A DNA stretch of 33,830 bases from Erysipelotrichaceae bacterium. GTDB lineage: Bacteria > Bacillota_I > Bacilli_A > Erysipelotrichales > Erysipelotrichaceae. The notes under the pieces are model-generated. The model saw nothing but the letters and a program-made list of their open reading frames with translations. It was not told the DNA's origin and did no database searches. The translations under genes were made by a program, and so were the position numbers. Where the stretch lies: positions 1 to 33,830 of the forward strand of contig JABUSI010000382.1 of NCBI GenBank assembly GCA_021442745.1, written 5' to 3'. Below are positions 23,378-32,688 of the stretch, one piece after another. The first letter of the stretch is position 1. Each line of letters opens with the position of its first letter.

Positions 23378-25375
23378 ATGAAAATTGGCATGTTTGTGGA
23401 TGCATACATTCCGGAAATCAACGGGGTGGTATCTTCCGTTGTTACTTTAAAAGAAAGTCTGGAGAGTCTGGGTCATGAAGTGTTTGTGGTTACCACCAAA
23501 CCGAAGAGTGTCACGGATAAAATGCTGGCAGAAGAAGCTAAAGACGGTCATATTCTGCGGTTAAACGGCATTGAACTGAAGGCTTTGTACGGGTACGTAC
23601 TGGCTGCTCCGTTCTATTTGTCCAAGTTTGACCTGATTAAAAACTGGAATCTTGACGTCATGCACGTGCATACGGAATTCGGTGTCGGTATATTTGCCCG
23701 GATTCTGTCCAAAACGTTACACATTCCACTGGTCAGCACGTATCATACGATGTATGAAGACTACACGCATTACGTGAATCCGATGAATATCCGGATTGTG
23801 GAAGATACGACGAAATTCGGCGCACAGAAATTAAGTAAACTGTACAGTCAGCTGTGTACCGCTTTGATTGTGCCGACCAACAAAACGAAAGAACGGCTGG
23901 CGGGGTATGGCGTCACCAAGCCGATGCATATCATTCCGACCGGGTTGAATCTGGATATGTACAATCCGGCCCGGACAAGTGAAGAAACCGTAAAGGAATT
24001 GCGCGGGAAACTGGGTATTGCCGAGGATGAATTCATGCTGGTATACGTGGGACGTATTGCCGAAGAAAAGAGTATCGATTTTGTGTTGCGCGGTTATCGG
24101 AAAATGGCCATGCCTCATAAGGTGAGACTGGTTGTTGTCGGTGGCGGTCCGCAACTGGATGATTTACGGAAACTGGCAAGAGAACTGGAAATCGACGTTG
24201 TGTTCACGGACCGTGTATTGCACGAAGAAGTACCGGCATATTATCATGCCGCTGACGCTTTTGTGTCCGCTTCTTTGTCGGAAACCCAGGGAATGACGTT
24301 TATTGAAGCGATGGCCAGCGGACTGATGGTATTTGCAAGACCCGATGAAGTGCTGGAAGGTATCGTAGTGGAAGGAAAGACCGGTTTTCTGTTTACAACG
24401 GAAGAAGAATTTGCCGGGAAGGTTCTGGATTTTGCGGCCCTTCCGAAAGAAACACGTCTGCAATACCGGAAACAGGCTATGGATCAGGTACTGTGTTTTG
24501 ACAGAAGAGTGTTCGGGGAGAAAGTTATGGAAGTCTATCAATACGCAATTGATGTCAAGCGGAAACTGAATGAAGTAAAGAGCGTGAAAATGAAGGGCGA
24601 TTTAGTGGAACTGACGATGGTGAAACAGGAACAGTCCTATAAATTGTCTTTGAGTCTGGATGATTACATGGCATTGGGAATCCATAAGGATTCCGTGTTT
24701 ACGGATGAAGAACTGGAAGATTTGCGTAAAAAAGAAGCGCGTGCTCTGGCATGGTATATGTGTATACGAAAACTGGCATCCAAAGATCATACGCGTAAGG
24801 AAATGCAACAGCTGTTGTTCAGACAGTCTTCCCTTTCCGTTACGGAAGTCAATCAGCTTCTGGACGAATTGTGTGACAAGGGATATGTTAATGACGAAAC
24901 CTATATGATGACACAGATTGAAGAAATGTGTCAGAGCGGTTACGGCAATGAAAAGATTGTGCATCTTCTGACACAGAAGGGAATCGTGCAGGAACGGGTT
25001 GAACGCGTATTGGCGGAATTAGGGGAAGACAATCAGTTGCAACGCGGAAAACAATGGGCGGAAAAAGCGGTAAAGAAACTGCGGAATAAGTCCGTTGCGA
25101 TGGCGAAAACAACGTTAACGCAGAAACTGGTCGGACAGGGATATCCGGTTGACGTCGCAAAGTCAGTCGTAGCCCGGATGGATTTCAGTGAAAACGAAGA
25201 GAATCAGAACGTATCGCTGCAAAAGGATTTTGAGAAAGCCGTCAGGAAGTACGGTACCAAACATACAGGTAAGGATTTACGGAACAAGGTATTCCGGTAC
25301 CTGATGGGAAAGGGGTATCCGAGCGATTCTGTCTATGATATTTTGAATGAAACGGAGTGGAATCATGAAGAGTAA
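23378..25375 (+). CDS. Fusion protein: GT4-family glycosyltransferase (diacylglycerol glycosyltransferase-like, aa 1-~390) + full-length Firmicute-type RecX (aa ~405-665)
   Basis: One uninterrupted 665-aa frame with RBS GCAGGAGG. The N-terminus MKIGMFVDAYIPEINGV and the EX7E motif (SETQGMTFIEAMASG) mark GT4. The C-terminal half has repeated RecX helical modules (DHTRKEMQQLL, LCDKGYVNDETY, LTQKGI, LVGQGYPVDV, LMGKGYPSDSVYDIL). Confidence 0.8.
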   Translation: MKIGMFVDAYIPEINGVVSSVVTLKESLESLGHEVFVVTTKPKSVTDKMLAEEAKDGHILRLNGIELKALYGYVLAAPFYLSKFDLIKNWNLDVMHVHTEFGVGIFARILSKTLHIPLVSTYHTMYEDYTHYVNPMNIRIVEDTTKFGAQKLSKLYSQLCTALIVPTNKTKERLAGYGVTKPMHIIPTGLNLDMYNPARTSEETVKELRGKLGIAEDEFMLVYVGRIAEEKSIDFVLRGYRKMAMPHKVRLVVVGGGPQLDDLRKLARELEIDVVFTDRVLHEEVPAYYHAADAFVSASLSETQGMTFIEAMASGLMVFARPDEVLEGIVVEGKTGFLFTTEEEFAGKVLDFAALPKETRLQYRKQAMDQVLCFDRRVFGEKVMEVYQYAIDVKRKLNEVKSVKMKGDLVELTMVKQEQSYKLSLSLDDYMALGIHKDSVFTDEELEDLRKKEARALAWYMCIRKLASKDHTRKEMQQLLFRQSSLSVTEVNQLLDELCDKGYVNDETYMMTQIEEMCQSGYGNEKIVHLLTQKGIVQERVERVLAELGEDNQLQRGKQWAEKAVKKLRNKSVAMAKTTLTQKLVGQGYPVDVAKSVVARMDFSENEENQNVSLQKDFEKAVRKYGTKHTGKDLRNKVFRYLMGKGYPSDSVYDILNETEWNHEE

Positions 25376-26354
25376 TACAGAACTGATGGAAAACGATTCC
25401 GAAAACAAGATTCTGAAAATCAAGGAATTCAAAGAGAAGATTTCCATCGAACAACCACTGCTTCTGGGACAGGTAAAAGACGGAGTGACCAATTCCGGAG
25501 CTCCGTATCTGTCAGTCACATTGCAGGATAATTCCGGGACGATTGAAGGAAAACTGTGGGATGTGAAGGAGCCGCAGAAAAATGCTGCCAAAGCCGGACA
25601 GGTTGTTCTGGTAAGAGGTGACGTATTCAATTACCGGGGCGCTTTACAGGTGCGGATTACGGATTTACGGGAAATCGACCAGATCGGAATTAATCTGAAA
25701 GACTATCTGACAACCGGTTCCATTGACCGGGAAACGATTGTGGAAGAAGTCCGCAATGCGTTGAAGCGACTGAAAAATCCGGTATTGAAGAAACTGTTAT
25801 GTGAACTGTTTGCGGATTGCAAGGATACGTTCTTTGAATATCCGGCTGCTGCTAAGAATCATCATGAATTCTGCGGTGGATTGTCAACGCATGTTGTCGG
25901 AATGCTGCGGGTCGGATATGCGGTGTGCGAATTGTATCCGATGCTGGATGAAGATCTGCTGATCAGTGGTATTCTGGCACACGATCTCGGAAAACTGATT
26001 GAACTGTCAGGAGCCATTCTGCCGGATTATACGACGGAAGGACGATTGCTTGGACATATTTCCATCATGCAGGCAAAGATTGCCGAAAAGGCGTCAGAAC
26101 TGGGTATTCCGGAAAATGACGAATCTGTTGTTTTGCTGCGTCATATGGTATTGTCGCATCACGGACAATACGAATACGGTTCACCGGTATTACCGATGAT
26201 TCCGGAGGCAGAAGTTCTGCATATGATTGACAATATGGATGCGAGAATGGAAATGATGCGGAAGTCACTGGATGACGTGGAAGAGGGAGCGTTTACACAA
26301 CGGATTTTTTCCTTGGAAAACCGGATGTTGTACAAACATAAAAAACTGGGATAA
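25365..26354 (+). CDS. yhaM: 3'-5' exoribonuclease YhaM (OB-fold + HD domain)
   Basis: The ATG is 7 nt after GGAG and overlaps the fusion gene by 11 nt. It has an OB-fold N-terminus (GAPYLSVTLQDNSGTIEGKLWD), HD motifs (HHEF, HDLGK) and LSHHG. Confidence 0.85.
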   Translation: MKSNTELMENDSENKILKIKEFKEKISIEQPLLLGQVKDGVTNSGAPYLSVTLQDNSGTIEGKLWDVKEPQKNAAKAGQVVLVRGDVFNYRGALQVRITDLREIDQIGINLKDYLTTGSIDRETIVEEVRNALKRLKNPVLKKLLCELFADCKDTFFEYPAAAKNHHEFCGGLSTHVVGMLRVGYAVCELYPMLDEDLLISGILAHDLGKLIELSGAILPDYTTEGRLLGHISIMQAKIAEKASELGIPENDESVVLLRHMVLSHHGQYEYGSPVLPMIPEAEVLHMIDNMDARMEMMRKSLDDVEEGAFTQRIFSLENRMLYKHKKLG

Positions 26355-26376
26355 TCAATCAGGATTATCCCTTTTT
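26349..26376. terminator. Shared hairpin between convergent yhaM and ybaK-like genes
   Basis: GGATAATC-aatca-GGATTATCC followed by CTTTTTC; it overlaps both stop codons. Confidence 0.55.
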
Positions 26377-26916
26377 CATGATATGGAACGTATGCGGGAA
26401 AGACGGCATAATCTTTTCCGTAACGTCTTGTGTACGCAGTTTCAAAACCGTGTGGTTGTCGTTGGGATGACAGCGGAACGATTCTCTTTTCAGTAAGGAT
26501 TCGTCGATGTAAACGTTCAGCCGGCAATCGGGATCGTACAGCAGTTCGAGGATGCTGACGCAACCGGGTGTGGTATGCAGTAAATCGTGCAATTCTTCTT
26601 CCGTAACGAGTTCGATTTTGGTGACGTGATACGTGTCCCGGAACCAATGGGTATCGAAACGGGTATCACCGTCTGTCAGAATGTAGTAATAATCCGGCGA
26701 CCGGCGCATCGTATGGAATACCAGGTTTTTGATGGAACCGGTGCCAAGAATCTCTTTCAGTTTCTGAAGATTTTCCTCTTCCTGCGGGAAGTAACTTAAT
26801 TCCACACGCTGATACGAAATACCGAGCCTGTCGAGAAGGTCGTAACAATCTTTTTCATGCGGTTTGACGCATTCCGGTCTTCCCGATAACAGAGGACTTA
26901 TTGTAAACGGTTTCAT
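26365..26916 (-). CDS. YbaK/ProX-type prolyl-tRNA synthetase-associated (aminoacyl-tRNA deacylase) domain protein
   Basis: 183-aa protein with RBS GAAGGAA. KNLVFH, TPGCVS and HPNDN segments fit the YbaK/EbsC fold family. Confidence 0.65.
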   Translation of the reverse strand: MKPFTISPLLSGRPECVKPHEKDCYDLLDRLGISYQRVELSYFPQEEENLQKLKEILGTGSIKNLVFHTMRRSPDYYYILTDGDTRFDTHWFRDTYHVTKIELVTEEELHDLLHTTPGCVSILELLYDPDCRLNVYIDESLLKRESFRCHPNDNHTVLKLRTQDVTEKIMPSFPHTFHIMKKG

Positions 26917-26970
26917 AAGAATTCCTTCTTTCTTTCATCAGTTTATCAGAAAATAAGTGTAAATTCCATG

Positions 26971-26998
26971 TTGACAAACAAAACAGAATAGGTAAAAT
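26971..26998 (+). promoter_or_regulatory. Sigma-A promoter of the lysine-riboswitch leader
   Basis: TTGACA, 16 nt, TAAAAT. Confidence 0.65.
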
Positions 26999-27014
26999 AA
27001 GTGTATCAAAAAAG

Positions 27015-27200
27015 TTTACCGATAGAGGTAGCGATGTAGAAGAGTACTTACCGGAGGAGGCATCCTGTGAACGTAAGGAAAGGCAATCATCGCCGAATGG
27101 ACAGACTGATGCAACGGTCTGGTGCCATGGGGTTGCAGGAAATACCTGTAACACTCCTTCTGGTTTATTCAGAAGAGGAGCTATAAACATTCAGATGTAA
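27015..27200 (+). promoter_or_regulatory. Lysine riboswitch (L-box) aptamer
   Basis: It matches the B. subtilis lysC leader block by block: GATAGAGGTAGCGA, AGAGTA, GGAGGAG, CTGTGAA, ATCGCCGAA, CTGGTGCC, CCTGTAAC. Confidence 0.85.
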
Positions 27201-27207
27201 GTGATAT

Positions 27208-27240
27208 GTCGTGATGTGTTATAGCGTCGCGACTTTTTTT
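27208..27240 (+). terminator. Riboswitch expression-platform terminator
   Basis: GTCGTGA-N12-TCGCGAC followed by T7, lying 25 nt before the transporter ATG. Confidence 0.75.
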
Positions 27241-27264
27241 GACAGAAAGAAGAGGGAAATAAGT

Positions 27265-28092
27265 ATGAGAAAGATTTTTAGTGTATTGATTATGATTTGT
27301 ATGGCATTGGCTTTGTGCGGATGCGGATCAAACAATGAAGGAACCGAACCGGTTGAAGACAACACGTTTGTGGTTGGTATGGAATGTAACTATGCACCGT
27401 TTAACTGGACAACTCTGGAAACCAACGAACATACCGTTGCGATCAGTTCCGTTGACTATGCGGATGGTTATGACGTAATGATTGCTCAGTTGATTGCGGA
27501 TGCAATGGGTAAGGAACTGGTTATCAAGAAGATTGAATGGGACGGTCTGGAACCGGCTGTCAATTCCGGAGAAATTGATGCGATTATCGCCGGTATGACG
27601 GCTACACCGGCTCGTGAAGAAAACGTTGATTTCACAACTCCGTATTACGAAAGCGAAATGGTATTGATCGTCCGTGCCGATTCCGCATACGTAAACGCAA
27701 CAAGCATTCAGGATTTCGGTGGTGCTAAGGTTCTGGGACAATTGAACACCTTGTATGATGAAGTTATCGATCAGATTGAAGGTGTCAATCACGTAACACC
27801 GTTGAAGACATATCCGATGATGGTTGTGGCTTTGCAGAGCGGTGATGTGGATGCCCTGACGGCTGAATTACCTGTTGCACAAGGTATCGTTTCTTCCAAT
27901 CCGGACCTGGTAATGGTACGCTTTAGCGCAGAAAACGGTTTTGAAGCGGATACAACGGTTTCTATTGCTGTTCAGGAAGGTAATACCGAACTGTTGAACG
28001 CCGTTCAGGCAGCTTTGGATAACATCTCCGTAGAAGACCGCGTACAGATGATGGCAGATGCTACCAACCGTCAGCCGGCTGTTGAAGAATAG
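27265..28092 (+). CDS. Amino-acid ABC transporter substrate-binding lipoprotein (SBP family 3), probable lysine specificity from riboswitch context
   Basis: RBS GAGGG. The signal peptide has a lipobox LALCGC. FNW, GLEPAVNSGEIDAIIAGMT and TPYY motifs match polar amino-acid binding proteins. The track ORF start at 27211 lies inside the terminator. Confidence 0.85.
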   Translation: MRKIFSVLIMICMALALCGCGSNNEGTEPVEDNTFVVGMECNYAPFNWTTLETNEHTVAISSVDYADGYDVMIAQLIADAMGKELVIKKIEWDGLEPAVNSGEIDAIIAGMTATPAREENVDFTTPYYESEMVLIVRADSAYVNATSIQDFGGAKVLGQLNTLYDEVIDQIEGVNHVTPLKTYPMMVVALQSGDVDALTAELPVAQGIVSSNPDLVMVRFSAENGFEADTTVSIAVQEGNTELLNAVQAALDNISVEDRVQMMADATNRQPAVEE

Positions 28093-28100
28093 GATTTTAC

Positions 28101-28820
28101 ATGATTATTTCATTGGATAAAGCGTGGGATATTGCGCAGAAGTACTGGCCTTCCTTTATGCTGGGGGTCCGGTACACACTGTTTCTGGCAATTACCGGAA
28201 CGCTTGCCGGATTACTGATCGGGTTGATTGTTGCCGGTATCCGGGCATTGAAAGTGGAACAGCGGGATTCCTTCCTGGTGAAGGTATTGAAACGAATATT
28301 CGCTTTTGTCAGTACCGTATATATCGAAGTGTTCCGCGGAACCCCGATGATGGTACAGGCGATGTTTATCTACTATTCCTTCCGTTCCACGTTGCATTGG
28401 ACACCGATTGTTGCCGGAGTATTCATTATTTCCATCAATACCGGTGCATACATGGCAGAAATCGTCCGTGCCGGTATTCAGGCGGTAGACATCGGCCAGA
28501 CAGAAGGTGCAAGATCCTTGGGGATGAGCAGTTTCCAGACAATGTGGCATGTGGTTTTACCGCAGGCAATCAAAAATTCGTTCCCGGCTATGGGAAATGA
28601 GTTCATCGTCAACATTAAGGATTCTTCGGTATTGAACGTTATTTCCGTTACGGATTTGTTCTTTCAGTCCAGTTCCGTTGCCGGAAGTATCTTCAAAGTA
28701 CAGGAAACGTTTCTGGTTACGGCAGCGATTTATCTGTTTCTGACGTATACCACAAGCCGGATTCTGGGTTACATCGAAAAGAAGATGCAGCCGAAACAAA
28801 CCGGAAGGGCAGGTGCTTGA
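28101..28820 (+). CDS. Amino-acid ABC transporter permease (His/Glu/Gln/Arg/opine family)
   Basis: It has the EAA loop ([22 protein letters not shown]) and RGTP, and about 5 TM helices. Confidence 0.88.
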   Translation: MIISLDKAWDIAQKYWPSFMLGVRYTLFLAITGTLAGLLIGLIVAGIRALKVEQRDSFLVKVLKRIFAFVSTVYIEVFRGTPMMVQAMFIYYSFRSTLHWTPIVAGVFIISINTGAYMAEIVRAGIQAVDIGQTEGARSLGMSSFQTMWHVVLPQAIKNSFPAMGNEFIVNIKDSSVLNVISVTDLFFQSSSVAGSIFKVQETFLVTAAIYLFLTYTTSRILGYIEKKMQPKQTGRAGA

Positions 28821-28821
28821 T

Positions 28822-29562
28822 ATGGAACAACCGATTATTCATATTTCCGGTCTGAAAAAGTCATTCGGTGACTTGAGTGTATTGGAAAACATTGAATTCA
28901 ACGTTTACAAGGGCGATGTGGTTTGTCTGATCGGTTCCAGCGGTTCCGGTAAGAGTACGCTGTTACGATGTGTCAATCTTTTGGAAGTACCGGACGGGGG
29001 AATCATTGAAGTTGACGGGCAGAACATTCTGGAAGGCTCGATTAACGTCAACCGGTACCGGGCAAGAGTGGGAATGGTATTCCAGTCCTTCAACCTGTTC
29101 AATAACATGACGGTATTGAAAAACTGTATGATTGCCCAGATGAAGGTATTGCATCGCAGCAGGGAAGAAGCGGAAGCGAAGGCATTGCATTACCTGGAAC
29201 TGGTTGGAATGCTGGAGTTCAAGAACGCATCCAGCTTGACGTTAAGCGGCGGGCAGAAACAACGTGTGGCAATTGCCAGAGCGTTGTGTATGGACCCGGA
29301 AGTGCTGTTGTTTGATGAACCGACCAGTGCTTTGGACCCGGAAATGGTCGGGGAAGTACTGGAAGTTATGAAACGTCTGGCAAAAGAAGGTCTGACTATG
29401 ATTGTGGTGACACATGAAATGGGATTTGCGAAAGACGTTGCAACGCACGTTGTGTTTATGGATAAAGGTGTGATTGCCGAAGAAGGCAGCGCAGAAGATA
29501 TTTTCCAGAATCCGAAAGAAGAACGTACCCGTGCGTTTTTGTCAAGATATCTGAACCAATAG
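28822..29562 (+). CDS. Amino-acid ABC transporter ATP-binding protein
   Basis: Walker [10 protein letters not shown], signature LSGGQKQR and Walker [16 protein letters not shown] at 28813 is an alternative start. Confidence 0.9.
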   Translation: MEQPIIHISGLKKSFGDLSVLENIEFNVYKGDVVCLIGSSGSGKSTLLRCVNLLEVPDGGIIEVDGQNILEGSINVNRYRARVGMVFQSFNLFNNMTVLKNCMIAQMKVLHRSREEAEAKALHYLELVGMLEFKNASSLTLSGGQKQRVAIARALCMDPEVLLFDEPTSALDPEMVGEVLEVMKRLAKEGLTMIVVTHEMGFAKDVATHVVFMDKGVIAEEGSAEDIFQNPKEERTRAFLSRYLNQ

Positions 29563-29565
29563 ACA

Positions 29566-29598
29566 TTTGGAATTTCCAGATGTCTTTCTTCTTGTATG
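29566..29598 (+). terminator. Probable terminator after the ABC operon
   Basis: AGACATTTGGAA/TTCCAGATGTCT imperfect hairpin followed by a TTCTTCTT run. Confidence 0.45.
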
Positions 29599-29646
29599 GA
29601 TTTTCCAATCAAAAAGGTCTACAATAGTCGGGTATGAGGTAACAGT

Positions 29647-30999
29647 ATGGCATCTAAGAATTCGATTGATATGGTCAACGGGCCATTGGTCAAGAACATT
29701 TTCATCTACTCCCTGCCGTTGATGGCAACCAATTTTCTGCAGATGGTATTTACAGCTGCGGATACGATTGTCGTAGGGGCATTTGCGGGAAACGAAGCAC
29801 TGGCTGCCGTCGGTGCGACGGGATCTCTGATTTTTTTACTGACCAGTTTATTTACCGGATTGAGTACGGGAACCAATGTGGTGATTGCCAATTCCATCGG
29901 TTCCGGTGATCGCGACCGGGTTCATAAATCCGTCCATTCCTCCGTCTGGATGGGATTGGTCTGCGGATTGGGATTGTCGGTGGCCGGTGTATTGATTGCC
30001 CGGTTCTGTCTGACGCTGATGTCAACGCCGGCGGAAATCATAGACGGCAGTACGACGTATATGCGGATTTATTTCACCGGGTCGCTGTTTGTGGTGCTGT
30101 ATAACTTCGGCGGTGCGATTCTGCGGTCCAAAGGGGATACCAAAAGGCCGTTGTACTTTCTGATGTTTTCCGGAGTCATCAATGTGATACTGAATCTGAT
30201 TTTTGTGATTGTGTTTCAATGGAGCGTTGTGGGTGTAGCACTGGCAACGGTGATTTCACAGATGATTTCCTGTATACTTGTATACCGTGCGCTGCTTACG
30301 GATGATGACGATACGCGACTGATTCTGAAAGACATCTGTCTGGATGTGGATATCGTGAAGGAAATCCTGCGGATCGGGATTCCTGCGGGAATTCAGGGGA
30401 TGGCGTTTTCCGTCAGTAATGTAGTGATTCAGTCCAGTATCAATTCGTTTGATTCCAGTCTGATTGTTGCCGGAAATGCGGCAGCAGCCAACATTGAGAA
30501 TTTTGTGTATGTAGGAATGATGGCGTTTGCGTCAGCGGCTATGACGTTTACGTCCCAGAACATCGGGGCAAAAAACTATGGTTCTGTTAAACGGATTATG
30601 TGGGTGACGATGATTCTGGATTGCTTCTCAGCGTTGTCGGTCGGATTTCTTGCATGGTATTTCGGACGGTTTTTCCTTTCGTTCTATACCAGTGACCCGA
30701 GTGTCATCGAATACGGTATCGAGCGCTTGTTCTGGGTGGCGATGTTTCTGGCATTGAACGGGGTACTGGACGTATTCATCAATTCGTTACGCGGAATGGG
30801 GAATTCGACGGTACCTACGCTGATTATGATTGTCGGGATTGTCGGTATCCGGCTGGCGTGGTTATGGCTGTATTTCCCGACACACAGACAACTGGGAGTC
30901 ATTTATATGTGCTTCCCGATCAGCTGGGTTATCACCTCTCTGTTATTGGGAGGATTGTGGCTGAAGGAATATAAAAAACTAATGGCAGGAGTTTTGTAA
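29647..30999 (+). CDS. MATE-family efflux transporter
   Basis: 450-aa protein with 12 predicted TM helices. The N-terminal MVNGPLVKNIFIYSLPLMATNFLQ and the twofold MatE repeat pattern are present. Confidence 0.85.
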   Translation: MASKNSIDMVNGPLVKNIFIYSLPLMATNFLQMVFTAADTIVVGAFAGNEALAAVGATGSLIFLLTSLFTGLSTGTNVVIANSIGSGDRDRVHKSVHSSVWMGLVCGLGLSVAGVLIARFCLTLMSTPAEIIDGSTTYMRIYFTGSLFVVLYNFGGAILRSKGDTKRPLYFLMFSGVINVILNLIFVIVFQWSVVGVALATVISQMISCILVYRALLTDDDDTRLILKDICLDVDIVKEILRIGIPAGIQGMAFSVSNVVIQSSINSFDSSLIVAGNAAAANIENFVYVGMMAFASAAMTFTSQNIGAKNYGSVKRIMWVTMILDCFSALSVGFLAWYFGRFFLSFYTSDPSVIEYGIERLFWVAMFLALNGVLDVFINSLRGMGNSTVPTLIMIVGIVGIRLAWLWLYFPTHRQLGVIYMCFPISWVITSLLLGGLWLKEYKKLMAGVL

Positions 31000-31012
31000 C
31001 TCCCGCCATTTT

Positions 31013-32536
31013 TTATAGGATTACGGTAATGTTGTCGCGGTGATATACCGGAATGTCCGGATGATCCAGGATATATTGTGCCAGGGCATCGACCATATCG
31101 GTCTGGTCGTTCTGCAGTACTCGGCATCGTTTGCACATATCGAAATCGCCTCCGCCGGTGGAACGGTAGTTGGACATGACGACGGCATATTTCTTATCCA
31201 TATCGAATGGCTTGCCGTCTTGCGTCATGGAGATAATCCGGGAACCGATCGGGTTGGATACCTTGATGGTATAATCCAGACCATCCATCATATCGTAGTT
31301 GAAATGCATCGGTTTCGGTCCGTCAAACAACGGGCTGACACCGATTTTTCCGTCGATGACCGCAAAGTATTCAGCGGATTTTTCCAGAAATTCCTTGACG
31401 GTATGGCCATCCATTTCCAGGGTCACCATGGTGTTGGCATATACGTAAGTGGCAACGATATCACGCATCGTAATGGTACTGTTGAACCCTTTGGCATTGA
31501 GGAATAAAGCGGTGGCGGCCAAATCGGCTTTGCTGTGGTCAAGCATGACCTGATTGATAAAGGAAATAATCGGATGTTTGTGTTCTCTGGCTTCCAGTTC
31601 GTCTTCCACTTTCAGATGTGCTTTGGTGGTTCCCAGAGGAGTATCGAGCCACTTCTGGCATTCTTCTTCCAGTGTGCTCATTAATTCCAAAATGCGTGCA
31701 TCCGGTTCGTAAGTCGGATTGATCAATTCGCATTTTCCGTCCCTGGAGTCGACGTCAAAGGTATATTTCATAATCTGCTGGGCATTGACTTTGGTCTGTC
31801 CGGTAATCACACCGTTGCACACGTCTGCGATTCCCTGATGCTGATGTCCGGTAATCAGGATATCCAGTCCTTCGATTTCGGTACAGATTTTGTATCCCCA
31901 GTTTTCTCCGTTCTGGTTTTCCGTCGGCTCTCCGGTATGCAGATCTTTTTCATATCCGCCGTGATAGACACAGACTACGGCATCGACGGCTTCGTTTTTC
32001 TTAATCTGTTCCACGGTTTTTTTGCAGTATTCAAACGCGTCTTCCACTTCGATACCAATCAGGTTAACCGGTGGTTCCCAGGCAGCGATATGCTGGGTTA
32101 CCATACCGAATAACGCAATTCGGATTCCGTTAGGGAATGTATGAATGTAGTACGGCTTGCTGACCGGCTTGTTGTCAACATGAAGATTTCCGGTCAGACA
32201 AGGCATCTGAAGAGCTCCCATATAGTTTTTCAGAACGTTCGGTCCCTGGTTGAATTCATGGTTTCCGATGTTATAGTAGTCGTATCCCATTTCGTTCATC
32301 ATGGTTGCCATAAAATGCGGTTTGTCGCTGTAATTCTTGTTGTAGTAGAACGTTAGCGGACTGCCGACAATATTGTCACCGTTATCAATCAGCAAGGTAT
32401 TTTCATCTTTCAGCGTCTGCAGGGTCGTGTGGATTTTAGCCAGACCCAGTTCGGCAGGTGAGTTATCGCTGTAAATGTATGGCATGACATAACCATGCAT
32501 ATCACTGGTAGCGAGAATGGTAAATGATTTTGACAT
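31013..32536 (-). CDS. Bifunctional metallophosphatase/5'-nucleotidase (UshA/CpdB family), apparently cytoplasmic
   Basis: Start MSKSFTILATSDMHGY after AAAGAGGAA. It has calcineurin-like motifs (DMHG, GDNIVG, GNHEF, GHQH) and a C-terminal 5'-nucleotidase domain, with no signal peptide. Confidence 0.8.
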   Translation of the reverse strand: MSKSFTILATSDMHGYVMPYIYSDNSPAELGLAKIHTTLQTLKDENTLLIDNGDNIVGSPLTFYYNKNYSDKPHFMATMMNEMGYDYYNIGNHEFNQGPNVLKNYMGALQMPCLTGNLHVDNKPVSKPYYIHTFPNGIRIALFGMVTQHIAAWEPPVNLIGIEVEDAFEYCKKTVEQIKKNEAVDAVVCVYHGGYEKDLHTGEPTENQNGENWGYKICTEIEGLDILITGHQHQGIADVCNGVITGQTKVNAQQIMKYTFDVDSRDGKCELINPTYEPDARILELMSTLEEECQKWLDTPLGTTKAHLKVEDELEAREHKHPIISFINQVMLDHSKADLAATALFLNAKGFNSTITMRDIVATYVYANTMVTLEMDGHTVKEFLEKSAEYFAVIDGKIGVSPLFDGPKPMHFNYDMMDGLDYTIKVSNPIGSRIISMTQDGKPFDMDKKYAVVMSNYRSTGGGDFDMCKRCRVLQNDQTDMVDALAQYILDHPDIPVYHRDNITVIL

Positions 32537-32564
32537 AGGAATTCCTCTTTTCATTGTAAATACT

Positions 32565-32573
32565 ATTTTATCA
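32565..32573 (-). promoter_or_regulatory. Extended -10 promoter (TGaTAAAAT) for the 5'-nucleotidase gene
   Basis: On the minus strand, TG-N-TAAAAT lies about 28 nt upstream of the ATG. Confidence 0.5.
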
Positions 32574-32688
32574 TGCAAAGAGCGGGAAATAAAGTTGCAA
32601 ACGTGGTCACCGTAATTGAGAATGCAGGAAAAATAGAATAGAATATAGTTGTGAAAAAAGACATTCCTTATACTTTTGGAGGTGCGGT

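Noticed and set aside
27211-27264. Upstream start of the SBP ORF at 27211
   Set aside because: It falls inside the riboswitch terminator hairpin and T tract. The lipoprotein signal peptide and an RBS define the start at 27265.
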